Assembly: GCA_034435075.1 (NCBI GenBank)
Contig: DAOTYA010000045.1
Coordinates: 1 to 60,083, forward strand
From: Anaerolineae bacterium
GTDB taxonomy: Bacteria; Chloroflexota; Anaerolineae; B4-G1
Reading direction: 5' to 3'
Length of the DNA: 60,083 nucleotides
Part shown: positions 1 to 8,291 of the stretch, one piece after another
Layout: every line of letters begins with the position of its first letter
Numbering within the stretch: position 1 is the stretch's first letter
The notes under the pieces: generated by a model
Database searches by the model: none
What the model was told of the DNA's origin: nothing
Seen by the model: the letters and a program-made list of their open reading frames with translations, nothing else
Made by a program: the position numbers and the translations under genes

Positions 1-698
1 CCGTCCGCCGTGAAGACCACCCGCTGCTCCGCCCCCAGGGAGCGGATGAGGTTCTCCGGCGTGTCCAGGGCAACGATTTTCCCGTGGTCTATGATCGCCA
101 CCCGGTCGCAGAGCCTCTCCGCCTCCTCCATAAAGTGGGTGGTCAGGAAGACGGTCTTGCCCCGTTCCCGGATGCCCCGGACCAGGTCCCATATCGCCCG
201 ACGGGCCTGGGGGTCCAGCCCGGTGGTGAGTTCGTCCAGAAAGACCAGTTCCGGGTCGTTGATCAGCGCCAGGGCGATGAAGAGGCGTTGCTTCTGCCCG
301 CCGGAGAGTTTATCAAAAGGGGCGTTCCGCTTCTCCGCCAGCCCCAGCTGCTCCAGCAGGGCCTTTCCGTCCACGCGGCGGGGGTAGAAGGAACCGAAGA
401 GGTCCAGCGCCTCCCAGACCTTGAGCCGGGGGTGAAGAGAGGCCTCCTGTAGCTGGACGCCGATGCGGCGGCGGAGTTCGTAGCCGTCCCGTTGGGGGTC
501 CAGCCCCAGCACCCGGACCGTCCCCCGGTCGGGGCGGCGCAGCCCCTCCACGCACTCAATGGTGGTGGTCTTCCCGGCGCCGTTGGGGCCTACCATGCCG
601 AAAATCTCCCCCTCCTTCACGGCGAAGGAGACCCCATCCACAGCCCGCACTGGCCCGTAGAACTTATGCAGGTCGCTAACCTCTACAGCGATGCCCAT
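1..698 (-). CDS. ABC transporter ATP-binding protein (3' end cut by window edge)
   Basis: Absent from the ORF track because it runs off the edge. Reverse translation from ATG at 698 gives MGIAVEVSDLHKFYGPVRAVDGVSFAVKEGEIFGMVGPNGAGKTT (Walker A), LSGGQKQRL (ABC signature) and LVFLDELTTGLD (Walker B). Confidence 0.9.
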   Translation of the reverse strand, partial: MGIAVEVSDLHKFYGPVRAVDGVSFAVKEGEIFGMVGPNGAGKTTTIECVEGLRRPDRGTVRVLGLDPQRDGYELRRRIGVQLQEASLHPRLKVWEALDLFGSFYPRRVDGKALLEQLGLAEKRNAPFDKLSGGQKQRLFIALALINDPELVFLDELTTGLDPQARRAIWDLVRGIRERGKTVFLTTHFMEEAERLCDRVAIIDHGKIVALDTPENLIRSLGAEQRVVFTAD

Positions 699-702
699 GG
701 GT

Positions 703-873
703 TTACTCCTGGAAAGTGACCACCGCGAGGGACAACAGACCGATGCCCAATAGCAGGATCATTGTCCTCTCATCGGCCGCGCCCAGGATATGGAGCACGA
801 TCACTGCCACGCCCATCGCCAGGGCAAGGGCCCGGAGAACCAGGGAAACCATTTGGCCAACTTTACCACTCAT
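703..873 (-). CDS. small two-helix membrane protein (56 aa)
   Basis: Below the ORF-track size cutoff. Sequence MSGKVGQMVSLVLRALALAMGVAVIVLHILGAADERTMILLLGIGLLSLAVVTFQE. AAGGAGG lies upstream of the ATG at 873, and stop 703-705 is 4 nt from the ABC ATPase start. Confidence 0.5.
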   Translation of the reverse strand: MSGKVGQMVSLVLRALALAMGVAVIVLHILGAADERTMILLLGIGLLSLAVVTFQE

Positions 874-891
874 CTCTGCCTCCTTATTGCA

Positions 892-1185
892 TTATTTGAG
901 ATACAGGATATTCTCCAATGCGTCCACGTAGGCCGCGAAGGCCGCCCGCCCCTCCGGGGTGGCCCACACCCACGTCTTGGGGCGCCGGCCGACGAAGGTC
1001 TTTTCCACCCGCACATAGCCCGCCTCCTCCAGCCGCTGCAGGTGCACACTGAGGTTGCCGTCCGTCAGGCCCAGCAGGTCCCGCAAGAAGGTGAAGTCGG
1101 CCCGGTCGCCCTCGTCCAGGCCGACCAGCGCGGCCATAATGCGCAGCCGGGTCGGCTGATGGATGACGGGGTCCAGTTCTGACAT
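892..1185 (-). CDS. winged-helix transcriptional regulator (ArsR/MarR-like)
   Basis: MSELDPVIHQPTRLRIMAALV...DGNLSVHLQRLEEAGYVRVEK is a typical wHTH recognition helix plus wing. Start moved to ATG 1185, 1 nt after the upstream gene stop; the ORF-track start at 1218 would overlap it by 32 nt. Confidence 0.75.
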   Translation of the reverse strand: MSELDPVIHQPTRLRIMAALVGLDEGDRADFTFLRDLLGLTDGNLSVHLQRLEEAGYVRVEKTFVGRRPKTWVWATPEGRAAFAAYVDALENILYLK

Positions 1186-1186
1186 G

Positions 1187-1762
1187 TCATCCTCTGTACC
1201 GGAGGACCCAGAGGCCACCGCCGATGAGGGCGCTGCCGCCCAGCACGGCGAAGCCCAGGTTGAAATACGCTGGCATCCACGTCACCAGCACCACGGCCAG
1301 CAAGCCGAGAAAGAGGCCGATGACGCTGATGCTCCAGTGGGTGAAGAGGCCGAACTGGATATAGCCCAGCGCGATGGTCAGGACGATGAGCAGGGCCATG
1401 TGGAGCCCGTTGGTGTAGAGCCGGAATTGCCAGATGAGCACGCCGTCAAAGGCGGCCAGGGCCAGCCACCAGAAGAGGATGGAGGTCCAGAGACTGGAAG
1501 ATTTCGTCCGCGCCCGCCCGGCCATCCGGATGCCCAGATAGATGCTGCCCAGGATGCCGAGGGTGTTGAGGGGCGCCCAGAGCCAGATGATGGCCTCATC
1601 CCGCTGGAGACGGACCAGAGCGTGGGTGCCGGTGAATCCGAGAAACCAGATGACGCCCCAGAGCACCATGAACCAGCCGCCGAACCCGTCCGATGCCCGG
1701 CGGGCCCGCTCCATAATCTGGCGGATCGCTCGCAGGTCATTCATTGCTTCATTTGGCCGCAT
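1187..1762 (-). CDS. integral membrane protein, unknown function
   Basis: Start chosen at MRPNEAMNDL (ATG 1762) behind a G-rich RBS. The longer ORF-track N-terminus is only translated repeat DNA. About 5 hydrophobic helices. Confidence 0.6.
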   Translation of the reverse strand: MRPNEAMNDLRAIRQIMERARRASDGFGGWFMVLWGVIWFLGFTGTHALVRLQRDEAIIWLWAPLNTLGILGSIYLGIRMAGRARTKSSSLWTSILFWWLALAAFDGVLIWQFRLYTNGLHMALLIVLTIALGYIQFGLFTHWSISVIGLFLGLLAVVLVTWMPAYFNLGFAVLGGSALIGGGLWVLRYRG

Positions 1763-1869
1763 ATCCCCCCCTCGTATAAATAACTTTGTATTGCAAAGTA
1801 CTTTACCACAAAAGGCAATACCTGTCAAGTGCTCCATATGGTTGTTTATCGTCATATTTTTGCGTCTAC

Positions 1870-2010
1870 CCGGCTCGGGCCGCGCTCTCCAGACCACGCC
1901 TGACGCCGCCAGGCGTAGGACAACTGCTTGCAGTTGTCCTACAACTCTCCTTCCGGCTCGGGCCAGTCTCCAGACTGTGTCCGACGCCGCCACGACCGGT
2001 CACAGCCTGC
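1870..2010 (+). repeat. mosaic: two copies of the CCGGCTCGGGCC..GACGCCGCC module (SR2) flanking the palindrome GTAGGACAACTGC/GCAGTTGTCCTAC (SR3, 1915-1942)
   Basis: SR2 copies at 1870-1910 and 1953-2010. The same modules recur at 12342-12459, 45111-45222 (reverse) and 58053-58133. Confidence 0.85.
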
Positions 2011-2107
2011 TCTCGCTCAATCAAGGAGCGCATTGCGCTGCCCATCTACTGCTGCACCCACCGGGTGGTGTCGGCGCAGGCCGACATCTGGCGCGAAGTG
2101 CATTAGT

Positions 2108-2193
2108 GCCTATCCGGAAAACGTAACCGACGCATCCCTATGCGTCGGTATAAGCGGCATAGGGATGCCGCTTGTACGGTTTTTCGGATAGGC
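2108..2193 (+). repeat. CR1 86-nt three-way-junction palindromic repeat, copy A
   Basis: GCCTATCCGGAAAACGTAACCGACGCATCCCTATGCGTCGGTATAAGCGGCATAGGGATGCCGCTTGTACGGTTTTTCGGATAGGC. A 15-bp outer stem encloses two hairpins. Differs by 1 nt from copy F. Confidence 0.95.
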
Positions 2194-2198
2194 TCTAA

Positions 2199-2221
2199 GA
2201 GAGCGATTTCAATCGGCCTGA
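2199..2221 (+). repeat. SR4 motif GAGAGCGATTTCAATCGGCCTGA
   Basis: Recurs at 11291-11313, 24998-25020 and, reversed, at 58161-58182. Confidence 0.85.
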
Positions 2222-2280
2222 ACTACAATCTACGTGGCTCAGGCACCGCATTTGGCAGACAATAGTACAGACGGGCACTC

Positions 2281-4167
2281 TTACCTGAGGATGAGCGGCA
2301 GGTATACGCGACCCAGCCGTTCCACCACGTGCAGCGTGAGCGGCACGATTTGGGGCGAGTCGAGGGTGTCGGTTGGGATTGCTGCCACGGAGATCAGGCC
2401 GATGAAAGTACCGGGCGTGTAGCCCGTGGCGTCCAGGGTCACCGTAAGCGGCGTCCCCTGCAGACCGGTGGTAAGTACCAGGGTAGGTGTTACCTGAACA
2501 CCCAGTGTACCAGTGCCGGTCATTTGCATTCCTGTCAATACCCGGGCTGTCCAGGTAAGCACGTGATAACCTGTATTGGTCGGCACCACCACACCGGTAA
2601 GGATGCGCGGCTCACTTGCCGCAGCCAGGAAGGTAATTGAAGGCGGCACGATCGCCAGCCTGGGGTAAAAGCGGGCGACGGTCAATGTTACCGGCACCGT
2701 GTAAGGCGAGTTCAGGGTATCGGTTGACATGGCCGTGATCCTGATACTCCCGCCAAAAGTACCAATCGGGTAGCCGGTGGCATCAAGTGTTACAGTGAGC
2801 GACTCCCCCTGCAGGCCAGCCGTGATCGCGAGAGTAGGGGTAAGCTCCATCCCAGGCACTGCGATAGCCGTCCAGCTCAGCAGCCGGTAGCCGACATTGC
2901 GGACGGTCAGCGTGGCAGTAAACGGACCGGGTTGTTGCACATCGGCCAGGATGGTGAGGGCAGAAGGCTCCACCGCCAGGGCCGGGCCGAAGTGACCAGG
3001 CCGCTTTTCCATCGTTTTAAGCGCTTCGTATGCCGGGGTGGTGGCCCCGTAAGCTGTGCCGTTATGCTGGCGCAAGGAGAAGTAGCGAGCAGCCTCGCAG
3101 TCCCAGGTGTGGTAGTTGTGCCAGTCCAGGTTCCACACGAACATAGCGCCCATCCAGGGCCAGTGAGCATCGGCGTATTGGAAGGCGCGAGTCAGATATT
3201 CAGCCTGTGTGGCAGCGGACACTTCCATCCACCCAAAGACTGCCTCGTACCCGCTGCGGCAGGAGGATGGGAGAGTCCCTCCATCGTCGCGAAGCCAGTT
3301 AAATTCTGTGGCCCAGATCGGTTTGTCCCCCAGGCCATACTGCTCCAGGAGCTGGTGGATTACTTCGACGCCCCGGAACGCAAAGCCGTTGCCGTTATCG
3401 TGAGGGGGCAATGCACTCAGGTCACATTCGGGTTCGTAAGCGAAGCCGTAGGGGTGGTAGCCGAAGGCATCAAAATAGTCGCCCGCCCCAAGGAGCAGTA
3501 TCTGGCGGGTATACTCACGTTCGTCCATGGCGTGGCAGTTGTTACCGCTCCACCCGTTGCAGGTGCCCTGGATGCGGCCGGTGGGCGCCAGTCCTGCGCT
3601 AACGATGATAGCCGCGGGGTCCGCCGCCTTAATCCGCTCGTATGCCACCCGTAGCATCTGCACGTACTGGCCCGGGTCGGGGGCGGCGCCGTTCCAGAAA
3701 CGGTCCAGGTTTGGCTCGTTGCAGATTTCGTAAGCCTCGACGAAGCCCCGCCCGGCACCGGCGATTTGTGAGATGTGCTCACCCCATTGGCTAAGGTCGG
3801 CGGGCATGCCATCGCAGTCGAGCGTGAAAAGCACCTGCGCCGGCAGCCGTCTGGTGGGCACACACTGGTACTCCTCCCATAGTTTGATCCACTCGAAACC
3901 CAGCGGGGTAAAGAGAGGGGTAATATTTTCCTCCAGGCGCACGTTTATACCGTACCCCAGGTGAGGGGGAGGCTGGACCTCAGACTCTGGCGGCAGTTGA
4001 AGCACGGGATGCGTTTCTTCTGTGCGGGGCATCGCCTGGGATGAGGGGAGAAATGGCGCGGTGGAGGATATAGCCATCGGCGCCGGCATAAAGCCAGCGC
4101 CGAGGATGGTCAGCAGCACAAAAATGGTACACGTATGCTGACGGAGTTTGCGCGGCGGATACAACAT
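2281..4167 (-). CDS. secreted clan GH-A (GH5-like) glycoside hydrolase with two C-terminal beta-sandwich repeats
   Basis: N-terminal hydrophobic signal (TIFVLLTILGAGFMPAPMAIS), acid/base NEP motif (AYEICNEPNL) and nucleophile context (IWATEFNW). Two ~100-aa repeats (..LQGESLTVTLDATGYPIGTF.. / ..LQGTPLTVTLDATGYTPGTF..). Ends in VYLPLILR. Confidence 0.8.
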   Translation of the reverse strand: MLYPPRKLRQHTCTIFVLLTILGAGFMPAPMAISSTAPFLPSSQAMPRTEETHPVLQLPPESEVQPPPHLGYGINVRLEENITPLFTPLGFEWIKLWEEYQCVPTRRLPAQVLFTLDCDGMPADLSQWGEHISQIAGAGRGFVEAYEICNEPNLDRFWNGAAPDPGQYVQMLRVAYERIKAADPAAIIVSAGLAPTGRIQGTCNGWSGNNCHAMDEREYTRQILLLGAGDYFDAFGYHPYGFAYEPECDLSALPPHDNGNGFAFRGVEVIHQLLEQYGLGDKPIWATEFNWLRDDGGTLPSSCRSGYEAVFGWMEVSAATQAEYLTRAFQYADAHWPWMGAMFVWNLDWHNYHTWDCEAARYFSLRQHNGTAYGATTPAYEALKTMEKRPGHFGPALAVEPSALTILADVQQPGPFTATLTVRNVGYRLLSWTAIAVPGMELTPTLAITAGLQGESLTVTLDATGYPIGTFGGSIRITAMSTDTLNSPYTVPVTLTVARFYPRLAIVPPSITFLAAASEPRILTGVVVPTNTGYHVLTWTARVLTGMQMTGTGTLGVQVTPTLVLTTGLQGTPLTVTLDATGYTPGTFIGLISVAAIPTDTLDSPQIVPLTLHVVERLGRVYLPLILR

Positions 4168-4286
4168 TGCGAGGTTTTTCCTGTGCGGTTGGTGCCTTCC
4201 ATCAAACCTGGAAGGGCGTGCAACCAGGCGCAGCCACGCTGCGCTCAGGCCAGCGGGCCAAAACGCACCGGCATTGCTCCCGCCTG

Positions 4287-4484
4287 TCAGCGACGGCTGT
4301 AGATGCGGAGGAAATGGGCCAGAGAACGATCGTAGGTGCGCTCTGCTTCAGGAGGGAAGAGGCAACCTGGCAGCTCTTTCATACGCCAGTGATAGTGGAG
4401 ACACTCACAGCATTTGCCCTTTCTTGAACAGGGTTCGTATGAGCAGGTGCATCTGGCCAGATTAGTCTCAATTTGGCACTCCAT
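4287..4484 (-). CDS. small cysteine-rich protein (DUF6485-like)
   Basis: 65 aa with CTCSYEPCSRKGKCCECLHYH, remembered as a conserved small Cys-rich family. Confidence 0.55.
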   Translation of the reverse strand: MECQIETNLARCTCSYEPCSRKGKCCECLHYHWRMKELPGCLFPPEAERTYDRSLAHFLRIYSRR

Positions 4485-4539
4485 CCTACGCTGCCTCCTG
4501 ATAAGTGGTGGTCACACCCGGGCGTGGTATTGCCCGGAT

Positions 4540-4587
4540 GGACACGGAGACACGGCGTTATTGCAAAATCCGTGTCACTCCGTGTCC
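4540..4587 (-). terminator. long hairpin downstream of acpP (no U-tract)
   Basis: GGACACGGAG.CACGG ... CCGTG...CTCCGTGTCC imperfect inverted repeat, 32 nt after the acpP stop. Confidence 0.35.
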
Positions 4588-4618
4588 GATCAGCACTATG
4601 ATGTTGATACCGGGAATT

Positions 4619-4855
4619 CTAAACCATGCGTTTCTCGATGTAAGCCACCGCGTCACCCACAGTCCTGATCTTCTGTGCTTCTTCGTCAGAAATCGTCCCC
4701 CCGAATTGTTCCTCGAACTCCATAATCAGCTCTACCAGGTCGAGTGAGTCTGCCTCCAGGTCTTCTCGGAAGCGGGCTTCTGGTGTCACTCGCTCAGGCT
4801 CAACGCCCAGCAATTCAACAATAATAGCTTTGACTTTCTCGAAAACTTCTGACAT
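4619..4855 (-). CDS. acpP: acyl carrier protein
   Basis: 78 aa with the phosphopantetheine site [20 protein letters not shown]. Confidence 0.95.
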   Translation of the reverse strand: MSEVFEKVKAIIVELLGVEPERVTPEARFREDLEADSLDLVELIMEFEEQFGGTISDEEAQKIRTVGDAVAYIEKRMV

Positions 4856-5282
4856 GGCATCCTCCTTAAAGATTTTTTAGCGACTGTTCAGCAAGGTGCT
4901 TTCTCACCACCGGGACACGAGGAAACAGGGAAATGAGCATCATGACCGCATTTCCAAAAGCCCTGGTTTCCCGCTATCCCTGTGGTAAGGCCCACCCGGC
5001 TGGCCAGTTGACTTAAACGGCTATAATTCTACCTGCGGCGGCCTGTTTGTCAAATGTGCTTTCCGGCCACTGCCTGCCGGTTGGGGGACCGTCCCGGTTA
5101 TGCCTGGCCTCTGGCTTTCCTGTCACCCTGGGTGCAGACTTGACAATCTGCCTGCAAGGCGACTGCCAATTGACACTTGGCCGAATCAGCACAGTCGGGT
5201 TATAATAAGACACAGTATCAACATACAGGCGCGACATATCTCCTCACCAGTCCGCCCATCAGTCACATTCAGGAGGTGTACC

Positions 5283-6080
5283 TTGCACATCGTAGTCTGT
5301 ACCAAACAAACGCCTGACTCAGAAGCCAAAATGTCGGTGGATGCGTCGGGCAAGGTCTCCTGGGGAGGGTCCCCACTTATCATAAACCCCTGGGACGAGT
5401 ATGCTGTAGAGGAAGCTCTGAGACTCCGTGAAGTGCACGGCGGCAAAGTGACCGTCATTTCGATGGGGCCTCCTGAGGCAGTGGAGGCGTTGAAGCATGC
5501 CATCGCTATGGGATGCGATGAAGCCATCCGTATCTGGGAGGATGCCTGCGCCGACTCAGATACTCTGGCCACCAGCTATGTCCTGGCAAAAGCCATCGAA
5601 AAGATGGGAGATGTGGACCTGGTGCTTTTCGGGAAATCGGCGATTGACTCCCAGACCTGGCAGGTCGGAGTGGCCGTCGCCAGGAGGCTGGGCCTGCCTG
5701 CGCTGATGTACGTGATAAAGATCGCCGCCCTTGACCCGGCTCAGAAAACCATCACCGTTGAGCGGTTGCTCGAGGAGGGACGCCAGGTGGTCACTGCACC
5801 GTTGCCGGCTGTAGTGGGCACCACCAAGGGCATCAACGAGCCACGTTACACCTCATTCATGGGCATCAGGAAAGCGGCCAGGATGGCATATCCCACATGG
5901 TCGCTGGCCGAAATCGGAGCCGAGGTCAATAAAGTGGGTGCGGCAGGTTCAGGTGTGCGCTGGCCCGAAATCTTCATGCCGCCGGCGCGCGAAGGCGAGG
6001 CCGAGATCATCAAGGGTGAGACGATCGAGGAGACGGTCTCGCTCCTGGTGGACAGGTTGCTGGCCGAAAAGGTGATCTAG
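5283..6080 (+). CDS. etfB: electron transfer flavoprotein beta subunit
   Basis: TTG start 7 nt after AGGAGG (5271-5276) gives (M)HIVVCTKQTPDSEAK..., the conserved EtfB N-terminus. The ORF-track ATG at 5100 adds 61 non-homologous residues. Confidence 0.9.
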   Translation: MHIVVCTKQTPDSEAKMSVDASGKVSWGGSPLIINPWDEYAVEEALRLREVHGGKVTVISMGPPEAVEALKHAIAMGCDEAIRIWEDACADSDTLATSYVLAKAIEKMGDVDLVLFGKSAIDSQTWQVGVAVARRLGLPALMYVIKIAALDPAQKTITVERLLEEGRQVVTAPLPAVVGTTKGINEPRYTSFMGIRKAARMAYPTWSLAEIGAEVNKVGAAGSGVRWPEIFMPPAREGEAEIIKGETIEETVSLLVDRLLAEKVI

Positions 6081-6092
6081 GAGGCAGCAGCG

Positions 6093-7079
6093 ATGAGCAA
6101 CGACATCTTCGTCTGGATAGAACAATTCATGGGACAGCCAGCGAGCGTCTCCTACGAAGCTCTCGGCCTGGCCCGTCGTCTGGCCGACAACTGGGGGGGC
6201 AAAGTGACCGCCTGCCTCTTCGGTGGAGAGGGAGTGGCCGCCCTGGCACAGGAGGCCGTCTCGCACGGCGCCGACCGCATCCTCCTTGTTGAGGATGCCA
6301 CACTGGCCGAGTTTCGTATTGAGCCACAGGTCGCTCTGCTGGCCAGGGCAGTGCGCGAATCCGATCCTGCCGTTGTTCTGATCGGTGCTACATTTCGCGG
6401 CCGTGAGCTGGGGCCGGCGTTAGCGGTGGAACTCGATACTGGCTGCGTTGCTGACTGTACCGCGCTCGAGCTCGAGGAAGGCCGCCTGGTCGCCACGCGC
6501 CCGATTTACGCTGGAAAACTGCTCTGCAAATGTGTCATCCCTGAGCGGCGGCCACAGATTTTCACCATCCGCGTGCGTGCTTTCCCCAGACCTGAGCCTG
6601 ACGCGGCCCGCAGCGGCGAAGTGGTAAAGATGCAACCCGGGCTTACCGAGGAGGGCATTGCCGTTAAAGTGACCGACTTCCTGGAGGCAGCCGCCGGGGT
6701 GAGCCTGGCCGAGGCATCCATCATCGTTTCCGGCGGGCGCGGCGTGGGCGGACCGGAGGGCTTCGCCCCGATACGCGAACTGGCTGAGGTACTGGGTGCG
6801 GCGGTGGGAGCCTCACGCGCTGCCGTGGATGCTGGCTGGATTCCCTATGAGCACCAGGTGGGGCAGACCGGCAAGACGGTCAGCCCGGACCTGTATATCG
6901 CCTGCGGTATCTCAGGAGCGATCCAGCACCAGGCTGGCATGCGTACCAGCAAAGTCATTGTCGCGATCAACAGGGACCCGGAGGCGCCGATTTTCAAACT
7001 GGCTCACTACGGCATCGTCGGCGACCTGTTCAAGGTTGTGCCCGCGTTGACAGCGGCCTTGAGGGAGCGGATGAGATAG
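6093..7079 (+). CDS. etfA: electron transfer flavoprotein alpha subunit
   Basis: FAD-binding C-terminal region SGGRGVG...[16 protein letters not shown]; follows etfB by 12 nt. Confidence 0.93.
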   Translation: MSNDIFVWIEQFMGQPASVSYEALGLARRLADNWGGKVTACLFGGEGVAALAQEAVSHGADRILLVEDATLAEFRIEPQVALLARAVRESDPAVVLIGATFRGRELGPALAVELDTGCVADCTALELEEGRLVATRPIYAGKLLCKCVIPERRPQIFTIRVRAFPRPEPDAARSGEVVKMQPGLTEEGIAVKVTDFLEAAAGVSLAEASIIVSGGRGVGGPEGFAPIRELAEVLGAAVGASRAAVDAGWIPYEHQVGQTGKTVSPDLYIACGISGAIQHQAGMRTSKVIVAINRDPEAPIFKLAHYGIVGDLFKVVPALTAALRERMR

Positions 7080-7090
7080 CGTCATCAGTC

Positions 7091-7118
7091 GCAGGGGCGA
7101 GGCACCACTCGCCCCTGC
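7091..7118 (+). terminator. GC-rich hairpin after etfA (no U-tract)
   Basis: GCAGGGGCGAG-gcacca-CTCGCCCCTGC, an 11-bp stem 12 nt after the stop. Confidence 0.35.
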
Positions 7119-7263
7119 TGGCAACCAGAAGTATAGACCACGCCAGCGAGGAAATGAACCATCCCCTGAAGCATCGTTCAAGTGACACCCGGGAATCGAG
7201 CCTCAAGGTGGAAAGTCCGGCTGAACCCTCTACTACTTCCCCAAAGGCGAGCATGGCAGCTCC

Positions 7264-8145
7264 ATGCTGACCGTAATCATCACTGCCTTTCAAGAGCCTG
7301 GGACTATAGGTGGGGCTATTGAGGCTTTCCTCCCTCAATTGCCTGAAGATGCCGAACTCATAGTTGTGTGCCCAGACCCGGAGACGGCTGCTGTAGTGGA
7401 GGGCTACGCCGCCCGTTACCCCTCCGTCAGGCACGTAGCTGATCCCCAGCGTGGTAAACCTTTCGCGCTAAACATCGGATTGAGGGCAGCACGAGGCGAG
7501 ATCGTGGTGCTGAGCGACGGGGATGTGGTTGTAGCGAAAGAGGCGCTAAGGCCACTCCTGGCTCCCTTCGAGGACCCGGAGGTGGGAGCCGTGAGCGGTC
7601 GCCCTGTGAGCATCAATCCGGCCAACACTATGTTGGGATATTGGTCGCACCTGCTTACCGAAAGCGCACACCAGATGCGTCTGTCACGCGATCAGGCCGG
7701 CCAGTTTCTCGTCTGCTCAGGTTACCTGTTTGCCTTTCGACGTTGCCTGGTCAACCAGGTGCCGGAAGATGCCCTGGCAGAGGATGCGGTGATCTCGCAC
7801 GCTATCGCCGCACGGGGGTATGTTATCCGTTACGCGCCAGAGGCACGGGTCTTTGTAAAATATCCCACTACTTACCGGGACTGGCTGCGTCAGAAGGTAC
7901 GCTCCGCCGGTGGGTATGCCCAAAGTTATGTGCGCCGCTCCACCTTTCGCATGCGCTCATTCCGGATGGAAGTGTTACACGGCACCCGTCTGGCATTGCG
8001 GTATCCGCGCAGCCCCCGTGAGTTCCTCTGGACGGCATTGCTATTTGTTGCGCGCCTTCATCTGTGGCTGCTTGTTTTTATCAATGTCGTCTTGCTGCGG
8101 CGCCGCCTGCCCGAGCTGTGGAAGAGGGCTGAGACAACGAAATGA
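7264..8145 (+). CDS. family 2 glycosyltransferase
   Basis: MLTVIITAFQEPGTIGGAIEAFL, the DGD motif (VVLSDGDVVV) and a C-terminal membrane helix. Confidence 0.85.
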   Translation: MLTVIITAFQEPGTIGGAIEAFLPQLPEDAELIVVCPDPETAAVVEGYAARYPSVRHVADPQRGKPFALNIGLRAARGEIVVLSDGDVVVAKEALRPLLAPFEDPEVGAVSGRPVSINPANTMLGYWSHLLTESAHQMRLSRDQAGQFLVCSGYLFAFRRCLVNQVPEDALAEDAVISHAIAARGYVIRYAPEARVFVKYPTTYRDWLRQKVRSAGGYAQSYVRRSTFRMRSFRMEVLHGTRLALRYPRSPREFLWTALLFVARLHLWLLVFINVVLLRRRLPELWKRAETTK

Positions 8146-8193
8146 AGCCTGGCTATCCGGGTCAGTATTTCAACAGGAGGTCAGGCGCTTAGT

Positions 8194-8279
8194 GCCTATC
8201 CGAAAAACGTAACCGACGCATCCCCATGCGTCGGTATAAGCGGCATAGGGATGCCGCTTGTACGGTTTTTCGGATAGGC
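8194..8279 (+). repeat. CR1 repeat, copy B
   Basis: Identical to copy E; loop CCCC instead of CCCT. Lies between convergent genes. Confidence 0.95.
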
Positions 8280-8291
8280 GCTTAATCTCTG

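Noticed and set aside
1786-2191. ORFs 1786-2106 and 1928-2191 and their look-alikes (for example 48855-49127 and 57875-58306), which share peptide strings such as LQAVVLQL.
   Set aside because: The shared peptides are just translations of the SR2/SR3/CR1 DNA repeats in different loci. They are not a protein family.
5008-5027. TTGACT and TATAAT hexamers between acpP and etfB. Also TTGACA at 5170-5175 with TATAAT at 5201-5206.
   Set aside because: The spacers are 8 nt and 25 nt respectively, which is incompatible with a sigma70-type promoter.
7170-7263. GGGAATCGAGCCTCAAGGTGGAAAGTCCGGCTGAACCC upstream of the GT2 gene. It resembles the GGTG..AA.TCC..GC core of cobalamin riboswitches and the GGAAAGTCCGG box of RNase P RNA.
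   Set aside because: - The spacer is only 184 nt, too short for RNase P RNA.
- The B12 box and the CCCGC.ACTG segment are absent.
- A GT2 gene is not an expected cobalamin-regulated target.

This is worth a cmscan, but it is not supportable by eye.
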